64,000 nucleotides of DNA from an uncultured Candidatus Saccharibacteria bacterium (GTDB taxonomy: Bacteria; Patescibacteriota; Minisyncoccia; UBA6257; 2-01-FULL-56-20): NCBI GenBank assembly GCA_964360585.1, contig CAYHXC010000002.1, positions 5,641 through 69,640 on the forward strand, in the 5' to 3' direction. The notes under the pieces were generated by a model, which was given only the letters and a program-made list of their open reading frames with translations, had not been told where the DNA came from and made no database searches. The number at the start of each line of letters is the position of its first letter. Position 1 is the first letter of the stretch. This document shows positions 18,407 to 27,250 of the stretch, one piece after another. Made by a program: the position numbers and the translations under genes.

Positions 18407-20269
18407 TTAATAATCAAAATTTGTCCGCTCGCCAAGCAGTACGACTTCTACACTATTCTCTAGTAAAAGCATTCTGAGCCTGAGAATATTTTCAAAATTA
18501 CTCATATCTTCAAGAATCCATGTAAGTAATTTCTTTTCAGGAAAAGAAGTGTGTATATATGTTTTCACAAACTCATGCATATCCGCTGGATAAGAAACGG
18601 CATCAGCTTCTGATTTCTGGACTTCGTCAATTAGGCTAAGTGAAGCAGTATACTTCTGAGAAGTATCCATTCCACCAATTGGCAAAATGGGCAAATAGTA
18701 AGAAGTGAATACGTGGGATTTAAAATGCGACAAAAAATCAGGATTGGAACTTTCAAGAATAAGCTGATTCCGTCTCATGCCATACTTCTGCATTAGGATA
18801 GAGAGTCGCTCTAAGGCATGCTTATAGTTTGTTTCATTTAAATTTTTAAAGTCCAGCCAAATTCGCTTTTGTTGCACATTGCCTATTTTTTTTAAGTAGT
18901 CATCCAAATACAACCCAATTGATGATTGTGGCGGGTGATAGATATCGAACTCATTCAATCTCTGATCAAAAACAACGTCAATTTCAAATCCTATATATTT
19001 TCCTTCAAACAATCTCATCTTCTGAATGGTGTTCGCTCGGTGCAAAAAAAGCTTCTCTTCAAACTGCGGGCCAGACAAAGTAGGTAACACATCTTTCCAT
19101 TTCTTGTCATAATCTACCTGAGCAATATATCTCCGTCGTTTCGTGTCGAGCAATGGATTAATTAAGCTCTTTTCTGATAGAAACTCTTGATACTGAACAT
19201 GAGATAAGTCTAATACTGTATGGGAAAAGTCGTCGTTCATATATGGTTGATCCAAAGCCATTTTGATGTGATTAGCGGTGGTGGGATACATACTCTTGTA
19301 TTGGTCGGAAAGCCAAATTATGAAAGGAACCTCGACCATATACCTGCTACCAATCGAATAGGTGTGCCCAAAGAAATCCCGGGCGTCGTAAACTTCTTCG
19401 CCATGGTCAGAGGAATATACAAGATAGGAAACAGTATTGATCTTCTTCAGTCGACTAATAAGCTGACTCACGACATAGTCATTGTAAAGAACAGCATTGT
19501 CGTAAGCATTGATAATCTCCTTCCTGCCATCATCCAAAAAACTTCGACCCTCTGTCTGCAAAGAGTCGTCATGGAACACCTCGAAGCTATCGGGATATCG
19601 ATCCTTATAGAAAAGGTGGGCCCCAATTAAGTGTAAAACTATCAGTTTTTTATCAATCTTCTCTTTCAACACTTGATCAAAAACGCCGAGCAACTCTTCA
19701 TCGTGTACATTTTTCTCAATAGAACCATTATTTCCCTGACTACTGAAGAACTGATAATCGGCCACCCCAGCAAGAGTCGAAACAGCAATGCCGTCAGCTT
19801 CTTGATTAGAGATCCAATATGTTTTGAATCCAGACGCCTTAAAAAGACTGAGGAGGTCTGGGGAGGTGAACCATTGATCATGAGCCTTCCCACTCCTCAA
19901 CGTCAACATAAGCGGCACGCTCACATGTGTATGAGTACTAGGACTGACTACATCCTTAAAAACATAGAGGCTGGTATCGCCTGAAAGGCATGGGTTTGTG
20001 TCTCTATAGTATCCATACAAACCCATGTGATTTCTGGCAGTACTTTCGCCAATCACAATGACGTAGGTAGCCTCTTTTTCGAAAAAGGAAACTTTTTCGG
20101 CGAGATTGAATTTTTCTATATTGAGAATAAGATTGCTTTTTGCAATTCTTTCTCTCTGATATCTTCTAAGGGCACTATAAATAACGTAGAAAGTATTATA
20201 TTTCTTATCCTTAAGATACTGGAAGGGGTTTAAGAACAAAACTCCTAAAAGAAATAGTACGATGATCAA
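18407..20269 (-). CDS. sulfatase-family (phosphoethanolamine/phosphoglycerol transferase-like) protein fused to a GDPD-like C-terminal domain
   Basis: N-terminal region VIVIGESTARNHMGLYGY matches the EptA/LtaS-type sulfatase motif. C-terminal region LHRANT...GFEIDVVFD...FDIYHP resembles glycerophosphodiester phosphodiesterase. Confidence 0.6.
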   Translation of the reverse strand: MIIVLFLLGVLFLNPFQYLKDKKYNTFYVIYSALRRYQRERIAKSNLILNIEKFNLAEKVSFFEKEATYVIVIGESTARNHMGLYGYYRDTNPCLSGDTSLYVFKDVVSPSTHTHVSVPLMLTLRSGKAHDQWFTSPDLLSLFKASGFKTYWISNQEADGIAVSTLAGVADYQFFSSQGNNGSIEKNVHDEELLGVFDQVLKEKIDKKLIVLHLIGAHLFYKDRYPDSFEVFHDDSLQTEGRSFLDDGRKEIINAYDNAVLYNDYVVSQLISRLKKINTVSYLVYSSDHGEEVYDARDFFGHTYSIGSRYMVEVPFIIWLSDQYKSMYPTTANHIKMALDQPYMNDDFSHTVLDLSHVQYQEFLSEKSLINPLLDTKRRRYIAQVDYDKKWKDVLPTLSGPQFEEKLFLHRANTIQKMRLFEGKYIGFEIDVVFDQRLNEFDIYHPPQSSIGLYLDDYLKKIGNVQQKRIWLDFKNLNETNYKHALERLSILMQKYGMRRNQLILESSNPDFLSHFKSHVFTSYYLPILPIGGMDTSQKYTASLSLIDEVQKSEADAVSYPADMHEFVKTYIHTSFPEKKLLTWILEDMSNFENILRLRMLLLENSVEVVLLGERTNFDY

Positions 20270-20307
20270 TTTGAATTAAAGTTTAGATTAGTGACGAGAA
20301 TACGGGT

Positions 20308-20775
20308 TTAAACCGAAGGAAATATGAAAACAAAAAAAGGAAGTGCTAATACAAGGAGAATATACATCTGAAGGTCTGGATTGAAATAGCTGGCAAAAAA
20401 TTGCTTACTTTCGCGAAGATTCGTACCGAGGAAAACGAGAACAAATTCAGAAGTAAGTTTACTGCCAAAAATATAAAAGATATTCAGTTCGATATAGTCG
20501 AGTATAAAAAGAAATACAATGAAAAAACATAAGGACCAATACATGGTTGCCTGATCCAACTGCAAGGCAATTGTGAGTGTGGAAACAAAAACGAAAATAA
20601 AAATGAATCCAAAAGCTCCGAAATGAAGTGCTTTTAACTTATCGAGCCACCGCCGATAGACCAAAAAATTGGTCACGGATAAAAAGTAGAAAAGACAAAA
20701 GAAAATTTTCCAATCTCCGTAACTATAGAGCTCCTGACCAAAAAGCTGAACCTGATTCTGTAAAAGAAACATCAT
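20308..20775 (-). CDS. small hydrophobic membrane protein
   Basis: 155-aa ORF dominated by TM helices. Confidence 0.4.
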   Translation of the reverse strand: MMFLLQNQVQLFGQELYSYGDWKIFFCLFYFLSVTNFLVYRRWLDKLKALHFGAFGFIFIFVFVSTLTIALQLDQATMYWSLCFFIVFLFILDYIELNIFYIFGSKLTSEFVLVFLGTNLRESKQFFASYFNPDLQMYILLVLALPFFVFIFPSV

Positions 20776-20863
20776 TTCCTAAAGTATATACCATAGAAAA
20801 CTGAGAAGACAAAAAAGCAGTATGCTTGAAAATACATCCTAACAAACTGTTTTAAAGCCTATT

Positions 20864-22186
20864 CTAATCTCCAACCGCAGCACAGAGAGCGCGAATGGCG
20901 CCGGAAGCAGTGCATCCAATGGATGACCGACTTGAGTCAAAAGCAGCCAAGCAAGCACCAGCAGTAGGCGCACCACAAAGTGTTTCTCCTGTGCCGTTCC
21001 CAACGGCAGTGAAGACATCGATACTCCCTGGATTACTCCGTCGTAAACGCAAAGCATTATTCGTCGGCGTAGAAATTTCTAACTTGGCCCCCGGATTAAT
21101 TGTGCCCATACCCACATTGCCGGTCCCTGCTTTTATAAATAATCTTCCGTCCCCTCCTGGTACTCCCGTTTCGACAAAGCTAAAGCCCCCACCGAATGCA
21201 GTGAAATGCCATTTATCGGCGCCAGCATTATCCTGAAGCTGAATCCAAGAAGATGCACCAGCTTTCGCCTTAATAGTCAGAGGTACAGGTGGGCGAGTTG
21301 GGCCTGAAGTACCGATGGCTACAGTATCTATACCCGTAGTAGTGAAAATTTTTGCCAGAACTGGGTCTTTATCCCAATAAGAAAATCCGGGAGTGCTGGA
21401 AACAAAGTTGACACAGGTTCCATCGGTCACAATTCCACCTTGGACTTTCTGCCCTGACAAAACCTGACCGGCAGTACAGCTCGGAGAAACACCACTGCCA
21501 GATGAAATAACACCTGAGACGCTCAAATTGCCAGTTACTGAAAGTGACTTACCAACCAAAACCAAGTTACCATTATCCGCAATATTACTATTTGTCAGTG
21601 TGGCACCAGTCGTATCCCACTTGGTCAAAAGATTAGCCGTCGCCGGAGCAATAAAACCAACTCCTCCGCCGGTTGATCCGCCGCCAACACAATTCTTCCA
21701 CTGACCACCGTCACGACAACGAAGATTCGTACCGTTGAAATAAATCATACCGGGACTCGTTACCACGCTTTCATTTATACCGCCGCCAATCTTGATCCCA
21801 CCATTCACGTCCAAACGTGCTAAAGGATCAGGTATGCCGCCGATACCGACAGATCGAGTTTGAGCCCCCACTACAATCGCATTATCTACTCCCGACTGAA
21901 CCAAGGACCAGTTCCCCAATCCGTTTGAAATGTGCCATTTTGTTGCTCCGCTACCATCTTTAAAACTCACGAGGCCACCAGATCCTTGAACTGTGAGTGG
22001 ACGATCCGGGGCTTGTGATGTTCCGATGCCAACGTTGCCCACTCCTAGGGCGGTGACTAAATTACTAGCTGCATCTAAAACCCAAGTTCCAGTCTGAGCC
22101 TGCGCTGGCGAAATCAGTTGTAATGAAAATACAGTCGCGAAAAAAACGAGTACTGCTGCCAAGCCAAAGAATAATCCTCTTTTCAT
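20864..22186 (-). CDS. secreted glycine-rich repeat protein (signal peptide, GNVGIGT-type repeats)
   Basis: N-terminal signal peptide MKRGLFFGLAAVLVFFATVFS followed by recurrent G-N-V-G-I/M-G-T motifs. Confidence 0.6.
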   Translation of the reverse strand: MKRGLFFGLAAVLVFFATVFSLQLISPAQAQTGTWVLDAASNLVTALGVGNVGIGTSQAPDRPLTVQGSGGLVSFKDGSGATKWHISNGLGNWSLVQSGVDNAIVVGAQTRSVGIGGIPDPLARLDVNGGIKIGGGINESVVTSPGMIYFNGTNLRCRDGGQWKNCVGGGSTGGGVGFIAPATANLLTKWDTTGATLTNSNIADNGNLVLVGKSLSVTGNLSVSGVISSGSGVSPSCTAGQVLSGQKVQGGIVTDGTCVNFVSSTPGFSYWDKDPVLAKIFTTTGIDTVAIGTSGPTRPPVPLTIKAKAGASSWIQLQDNAGADKWHFTAFGGGFSFVETGVPGGDGRLFIKAGTGNVGMGTINPGAKLEISTPTNNALRLRRSNPGSIDVFTAVGNGTGETLCGAPTAGACLAAFDSSRSSIGCTASGAIRALCAAVGD

Positions 22187-22567
22187 AGGTAATTAATGTG
22201 CACTAAGCGACTATACGTAAATTGTAACACCTTTTTCTTGAGAAATTGTCTAGATATCCACAGGAAGATTTCTCACATAATGAACTGCGAAGACAAAAAA
22301 TTCATATTCCCCTCCACGGTTTGATCCCTTCCTAAATAATGTGTGCTGACGGGAGGGAATCTCACGCGCTTCATCGAGCTACGCTCGACTTCGTTGAGAC
22401 TTTAGTGAAACGAGCAAGCAAGAAATCTGCGACTCAAGAGGCCCTTAATAATTTCAAATCTATGGAAATACTATATTCAAAAAAGTTCAGGGATGATGTA
22501 CCGAATTCTAGGACTAACCGAGGGAGTATTGCACAAAAATTCTGGTATGTTTAAATAGCTTCAAATT

Positions 22568-22639
22568 GCCGGCGTAGCTCAGTGGTAGAGCGGCGCTTTC
22601 ATAAGGCGAAGGTCGCAAGTTCAATTCTTGCCGCCGGCA
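22568..22639 (+). tRNA. tRNA with CAU anticodon (elongator Met or lysidine-Ile2 type)
   Basis: Sequence GCCGGCGTAGCTCAGTGGTAGAGC...CTTTCATAAG...GCAAGTTCAATTCTTGCCGCCGGCA. It has a 7-bp acceptor with a G1-C72 pair and loop TTCATAA. Confidence 0.75.
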
Positions 22640-22651
22640 CAAAATTTTTTT

Positions 22652-22680
22652 TGACAATTTCGCGAATTTCTCGGTATAAT
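22652..22680 (+). promoter_or_regulatory. sigma70-like promoter (TTGACA-N18-TATAAT) driving the downstream tRNA
   Basis: ttgacaatttcgcgaatttctcggtataat. It is followed by a leader hairpin (agagtatctcttaag / cttaagagatgctct). Confidence 0.6.
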
Positions 22681-22744
22681 GAGCCGCTAGAGTATCTCTT
22701 AAGATTCTTCCGTTTGATCGGAGTTTTAAGAGATGCTCTGTAAT

Positions 22745-22816
22745 CGCGGGGTGGTGGAAGGGTTACCATGCGAGCCCCATAAGCTCGTGGAGCCGGTTCG
22801 AGTCCGGCCCCCGCAA
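22745..22816 (+). tRNA. tRNA with CAU anticodon (candidate initiator: C1-A72 mismatch, 3-bp D stem)
   Basis: Sequence CGCGGGGTGGTGGAAGGGTTACCATGCGAGCCCCATAAGCTCGTGGAGCCGGTTCGAGTCCGGCCCCCGCAA. The anticodon stem is CGAGC/GCTCG with loop CCCATAA. Confidence 0.65.
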
Positions 22817-22827
22817 CATAGAAATGC

Positions 22828-22856
22828 AGATGCCCCTTCGTGGGGCATTTGTGTTT
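22828..22856 (+). terminator. rho-independent terminator (gatgcccc ttcg tggggcat + T-rich)
   Basis: Perfect hairpin followed by ttgtgtttct. Confidence 0.6.
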
Positions 22857-23134
22857 CTATAATGTGAGCCGGACTCGAACACAAAAGGGGGTCGGGGAAA
22901 AGTTCTAGTTTTCCCCGTGTAGGAAAATATTAAAAACCGAGAGGTTTTTAAGGAGCGCAGCGACGTGAGATCGTCCGGCCTCTCTCCAACTTCCCCAACA
23001 GAAATTGAAAATTCAAAAGTTTAGTGTGCTATAATACTTTCCATGCCAGGCAGTGAGAATTTAATCGTATTCCTGGCTAAATCCTAACAATACGTCGACG
23101 CAGCTTAAAAAATATTAAATTTCTACTACTTGGC

Positions 23135-23938
23135 ATGCCAACAAAAAATAATAAAGAAAAGGAGGTTGCGGTGACTCAAGTGAAGGAAGTTGATTCGATC
23201 GTGAAGGATGTGTTGGGGCGAGACGGACGAGCAGAAAACCCCTATCTCATTCCCCTTTCGGTCATTGTCGCTGGCATAATTATTGCCCTCGCTGTTCTCT
23301 ATCGCGGCGATGCGCCCGCTGGTTCAGGTGGAAATGTCACAGTCGGCAAGACCTCAAAAGATATATTCTCGGCTATCGGCTTAAAACAGAAAGACATGGA
23401 AGCTTGTTTGGCCAAAAAACAATTTACGGCAAAAATTCAAGCGCAGACCGATGAAGCTGGGAAGGCGGGCGGTCAAGGAACGCCCTTTAGTGTCATTATC
23501 GCCGCAAACGGCAAGCGCACACCAATCTCTGGCGCATATCCCTACGAAGAAATAAAGAGGGTTATTGATGAAGCCTTGGCCGCGAATCCAAACACACCGC
23601 CCACAAAAGCGGAGATGGAAGATCCGGTCTACACTATGAGCGCCGTTTCTCCAAGCGATCATCTTCGAGGCGATCCCAATGCTCCGGTTAAAGTAGTCGA
23701 GTTTTCCGATCTCCAGTGTCCGTACTGCCAAGTGTTCCAGGGTGTTTTACAGCAAGTCATGGCTGAGTACGGCGCGGATGGCAAAGTGGCTTGGGCGTAC
23801 CGCCATTTTCCACTCAGCTCCATTCATTCCAAGGCTCTCCCTTGGGCTGAGGAAAGCGAATGCGCCGCTCAGGTTGGCGGACCAGAAAAGTTCTGGGAAT
23901 ATATTGACGTCCGTTTTCAGAATCAAAACGGCCAGTAG
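23135..23938 (+). CDS. DsbA-like thiol:disulfide oxidoreductase (thioredoxin fold, membrane-anchored)
   Basis: N-terminal TM helix plus the CPYC active-site motif (FSDLQCPYCQVF). A GTG after AGGAGG (~23170) is an alternative start. Confidence 0.8.
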   Translation: MPTKNNKEKEVAVTQVKEVDSIVKDVLGRDGRAENPYLIPLSVIVAGIIIALAVLYRGDAPAGSGGNVTVGKTSKDIFSAIGLKQKDMEACLAKKQFTAKIQAQTDEAGKAGGQGTPFSVIIAANGKRTPISGAYPYEEIKRVIDEALAANPNTPPTKAEMEDPVYTMSAVSPSDHLRGDPNAPVKVVEFSDLQCPYCQVFQGVLQQVMAEYGADGKVAWAYRHFPLSSIHSKALPWAEESECAAQVGGPEKFWEYIDVRFQNQNGQ

Positions 23939-24158
23939 TCTTCAAGAGAGAGTCCCCAATACCCCTCTTGGCCTAACCAGCTAAGCGGGGCATTTTTATC
24001 CCCCACCTAATTGGAAACAGCCGTTTTCAAACGGCGTGATTTTAACGCTATGGACGCCTCTTGATAAATACAATGATTTTCATATTTGCCGATGTTGATC
24101 GGATATTTTTTCAATTAGGTGCGGGGATTTATCGCGCAGTAGAAATTCGTGAGAGCCC

Positions 24159-25445
24159 ATGCTTTACTTCATATATATGAAAGTTGCCATCCTAGGCTTT
24201 AGTCGCGAAGGTGTCTCCACGCTCCGTTTTTTGAAAAAACAAAAAATGGTTTTTGGCCGACCACAAAAAGAAGCGGACTACTGGATCTTGGATCAAAACA
24301 AGATACAGGCACCGCGCGGCATAAAAACACAAACCGGAAAACATTATTTAGATCATCTAGAAGATTTTGACATTGTCGTTCGCTCCCCTGGCATCCCCTA
24401 TCTCAAAAAAGAGTTAGTCACTGCCCGCAAAAAAGGTGTCCAATTCACGAGTCTTACAAAATTATTTTTCGACCATTGTCCGGCAAAAGTTATCGGCATC
24501 ACAGGGACACGAGGCAAAGGCACCGTGGCGACAATGCTTTATCGAATCCTTAAAGCCGCCGGAAAAGATACATATCTTTTAGGAAATATCGGTACCCCCG
24601 CCCTTGATCTTCTTCCTCGTTTAAAGAAAACATCTCTCGTTATTTACGAACTCTCTAGTTTTCAGCTCCAGGATATGACTGTCTCTCCGGAGATTGCTAT
24701 TGTCCTCCGTATCTCGCCCGACCATCTTGATGCTCATAAAGATTTCAAAGAGTACACCGAAGCAAAATCAGAGATCGCTCGTTATCAAAGGAAAAATAAT
24801 TCTATTTTCTACATAGCGGAAGATCGAGTCGCTTCTCGCATCGCCAACAAAAGTTCGGCAAAAAAAATACCGGTCTCTTTAAAAAACTTTTCTCTTTTCC
24901 CGAGTTCGCTTCTTTATCTTGATGCTCCTCATCTTTTTGAAAATGCTGTAGTAGCCACTCGTGTCGCTCAGCACGTAGGCGTATCGATTAGTGTGATCAA
25001 AAAAGCTCTTCACACTTTTCCAGGAAATGAGTTCCGCCTCCAGTCCCTTGGGATAAAAAAAGGAGTACGATATTTTAACGATTCCGCCGCTAATAGTCCT
25101 TTAGGAACCATGGCTGCGCTTAAAAGTTTTAGGACGCCGATCGTTTTGATAACCGGAGGGAAGGATAAGGGTATCGATTATCAACCACTAGCCCAAGCCA
25201 TTAATAAGGCTGATATTCGGAGCGTTATTCTTATCGGGGAAATCAAAGGACGGTTGCAAAAATGGATTCGGAAACCCGGCAGCACTACTGGATCACTGAA
25301 AGCCGCGGTAGCTCTTGCTCAAAAGCAAGCGGAAGAAAATGATGTTATTTTATTTTCTCCTGGGACTTCCAGCTTTGACATGTTTCAAGACTACGAAGAT
25401 CGTGGCCGACAGTTTACTAAGATAGTTCGCTCTCTTCCCTCATGA
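24159..25445 (+). CDS. murD: UDP-N-acetylmuramoyl-L-alanine--glutamate ligase (MurD-family)
   Basis: P-loop GITGTRGKGTVATMLYRIL with Mur ligase central and C-terminal domains. The likely start is MKVAILGF at ~24177. Confidence 0.85.
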   Translation: MLYFIYMKVAILGFSREGVSTLRFLKKQKMVFGRPQKEADYWILDQNKIQAPRGIKTQTGKHYLDHLEDFDIVVRSPGIPYLKKELVTARKKGVQFTSLTKLFFDHCPAKVIGITGTRGKGTVATMLYRILKAAGKDTYLLGNIGTPALDLLPRLKKTSLVIYELSSFQLQDMTVSPEIAIVLRISPDHLDAHKDFKEYTEAKSEIARYQRKNNSIFYIAEDRVASRIANKSSAKKIPVSLKNFSLFPSSLLYLDAPHLFENAVVATRVAQHVGVSISVIKKALHTFPGNEFRLQSLGIKKGVRYFNDSAANSPLGTMAALKSFRTPIVLITGGKDKGIDYQPLAQAINKADIRSVILIGEIKGRLQKWIRKPGSTTGSLKAAVALAQKQAEENDVILFSPGTSSFDMFQDYEDRGRQFTKIVRSLPS

Positions 25446-26797
25446 CCTACTCCGTACTTCGCAAAAAGCATACGACCTTCACTTACGAATCCTACTCTTA
25501 CTATATTGAAGGAAAAGATCTCGTTATTAGATTTATTTTCTCTCTTTCACCAAGCATCGCCTTCAAGCCAGTTGTCGTTATAAAAAGTATTGATCCAAAA
25601 CGGATACAGAATCTCGATCAAGATATCCTCGATAACTTTATTTTTCATTTAGGTTTGGCAGAAATTCCTAGCTACTGGAAAGCGGCAGTGAGTCCGAAAA
25701 TTCACATCAAGGCCGGATATCTTTCTTCTTCTCAAATTCGCTGGTGGCAGGAACTTATCGAGAATGGTCTCGGCGAGTTTTTCTATGTAAATAAAATTCC
25801 TTATACAAAGAACTTCGTAAAAATAAAAACGGCCAATGCCTCGAAAAAACTCGCTCTAAGAAAACTCGAACTGAAAAACCGCTATCTCGTCCCCATGGGA
25901 GGCGGGAAAGATTCGTTTATAACCGCCGAACTTATTAAAAAATCGAATAATGAATTTCGAACGTTTGTTATGGGCAATGTTCCCGCTGCCGAAAATGCTA
26001 GTCGCGCAGTCTCGTCACTTTCTCCCATTCGCGTTACACGAACAATCGATCCCCAGCTCATTGCTCTGAACAAAAAGGGGTACTTGAACGGTCATACGCC
26101 CTTTTCAAGCTACCTCGCATTCGTAAGCGTCCTTACTGCTTTTCTTTTCGACTATCGTCATATCGCTATTTCTCAAGAACAGAGCTCGAACGAAGGAAAT
26201 ATTAAAGTTGGTAAAAAAGTTATCAATCACCAGTACTCAAAAAGTTTCGAGTTTGAAAAAGCATTTCGGGAGTATGTAAGTCGGTATCTCTCTCCCGATA
26301 TTAGTTTCTTCAGTTTTCTCCGTCCGCTCCACGAACTACAGATTGCCGCCCTCTTTTCTCAGTATCCTCAATATCTTTCTATCTTTAGAAGCTGTAATGT
26401 AAATCTGAAACAAAATACCTGGTGTGGAACATGTGCCAAGTGTTTCACGATTTATCTCCTCCTTGCGCCATTTCTACAAGAAAAAACAATGCGTACAATA
26501 TTTAAAAAAAACCTTCTCGATGATCCAGATCTCTGGAAATATATCCCTGACTTCTTAGGAAAAACATCTCATCGTTCGTTTGACTGCATTGCTTCAGCAA
26601 AAGAAACAAAAATGGCCCTAGACCTAATCATTAAAAAATATAAGGACAATAATCAATCCCTCCCCTCGCTCCTAGGGCGATGTATAAAAGAATTCCATCC
26701 TAAAAAACAAAATGGGCAGCAATTTCTTCGATCCTGGAATCAACATCATTTCCTCCCAAAATCTCTTGCAATAGAACTCCATAAAGCAATTTCCTAG
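25442..26797 (+). CDS. PP-loop ATPase-like protein overlapping murD; possibly a MurL-like (DUF1727) UDP-MurNAc-L-Ala-L-Glu epimerase
   Basis: The gene overlaps murD (atga), is 451 aa, and has the motif LVPMGGGKDSF (SGGxDS-like) and a CGTCAKC cluster. The MurD2-MurL precedent is established knowledge. Assignment here is by inference only. Confidence 0.5.
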   Translation: MTYSVLRKKHTTFTYESYSYYIEGKDLVIRFIFSLSPSIAFKPVVVIKSIDPKRIQNLDQDILDNFIFHLGLAEIPSYWKAAVSPKIHIKAGYLSSSQIRWWQELIENGLGEFFYVNKIPYTKNFVKIKTANASKKLALRKLELKNRYLVPMGGGKDSFITAELIKKSNNEFRTFVMGNVPAAENASRAVSSLSPIRVTRTIDPQLIALNKKGYLNGHTPFSSYLAFVSVLTAFLFDYRHIAISQEQSSNEGNIKVGKKVINHQYSKSFEFEKAFREYVSRYLSPDISFFSFLRPLHELQIAALFSQYPQYLSIFRSCNVNLKQNTWCGTCAKCFTIYLLLAPFLQEKTMRTIFKKNLLDDPDLWKYIPDFLGKTSHRSFDCIASAKETKMALDLIIKKYKDNNQSLPSLLGRCIKEFHPKKQNGQQFLRSWNQHHFLPKSLAIELHKAIS

Positions 26798-26836
26798 CTT
26801 GAATTCTCTCTCTAGGACGAGTACAATCGTCCTTAT

Positions 26837-27142
26837 ATGGCTTCTCCTATTAACCAAAAGGTACTGAAACACCTAGCGGGCCTGGCTCGGATCGAACTCT
26901 CCGAACGCGAGGAGAAAAAGCTCCTTGACGATCTCCGGTCTATCCTAGCCTATTTTGAAAAACTGGAAGAAGTCGACACGACCGACGTTCCGGCCATGAA
27001 CGGCGGCACCACGCTCCAAAATATCTTTCGCGAAGATAGCGAACGAATCGATACGCAAAAACAGCATGGCGTCGAGAGCTTTCCCGAAGAAGTCGGTGGT
27101 TTTTTGAAAGTTCCCTCTGTTTTCAATCATGATTCCCGTTAG
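26837..27142 (+). CDS. gatC: Asp-tRNA(Asn)/Glu-tRNA(Gln) amidotransferase subunit C
   Basis: Sequence VLKHLAGLARIELSEREEKKLLDDLRSILAYFEKLEEVDTTDV is a typical GatC. Confidence 0.85.
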   Translation: MASPINQKVLKHLAGLARIELSEREEKKLLDDLRSILAYFEKLEEVDTTDVPAMNGGTTLQNIFREDSERIDTQKQHGVESFPEEVGGFLKVPSVFNHDSR

Positions 27143-27250
27143 AGATGCCCAGCTATGATTTACACAACTATTTTAGAACAAACATATCCCTTCAGAAAAA
27201 GCCGGTCAATTTAAACAACGGAAATAATATTTCCTATCTCTAACGGGATG
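27136..27250. promoter_or_regulatory. inverted repeat tcccgttagagat ... atctctaacggga flanking 90 nt; the right arm abuts the gatA ATG
   Basis: 13-bp perfect arms. The start codon of gatA follows the right arm immediately (tctctaacgggATG). Confidence 0.5.

Noticed and set aside
22339-22554. 71-aa plus-strand ORF upstream of the tRNA(CAU)
   Set aside because: It has no RBS or motif and lies in the promoter or leader region of the tRNA. Coding confidence is low.
22860-23130. SRP RNA, tmRNA or RNase P RNA in the 300-bp gap after the tRNAs
   Set aside because: Hairpins are present (e.g. cggggaaaa...ttttccccg), but none of the conserved signature sequences of those RNAs could be recognised by eye. 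A covariance-model search is needed.
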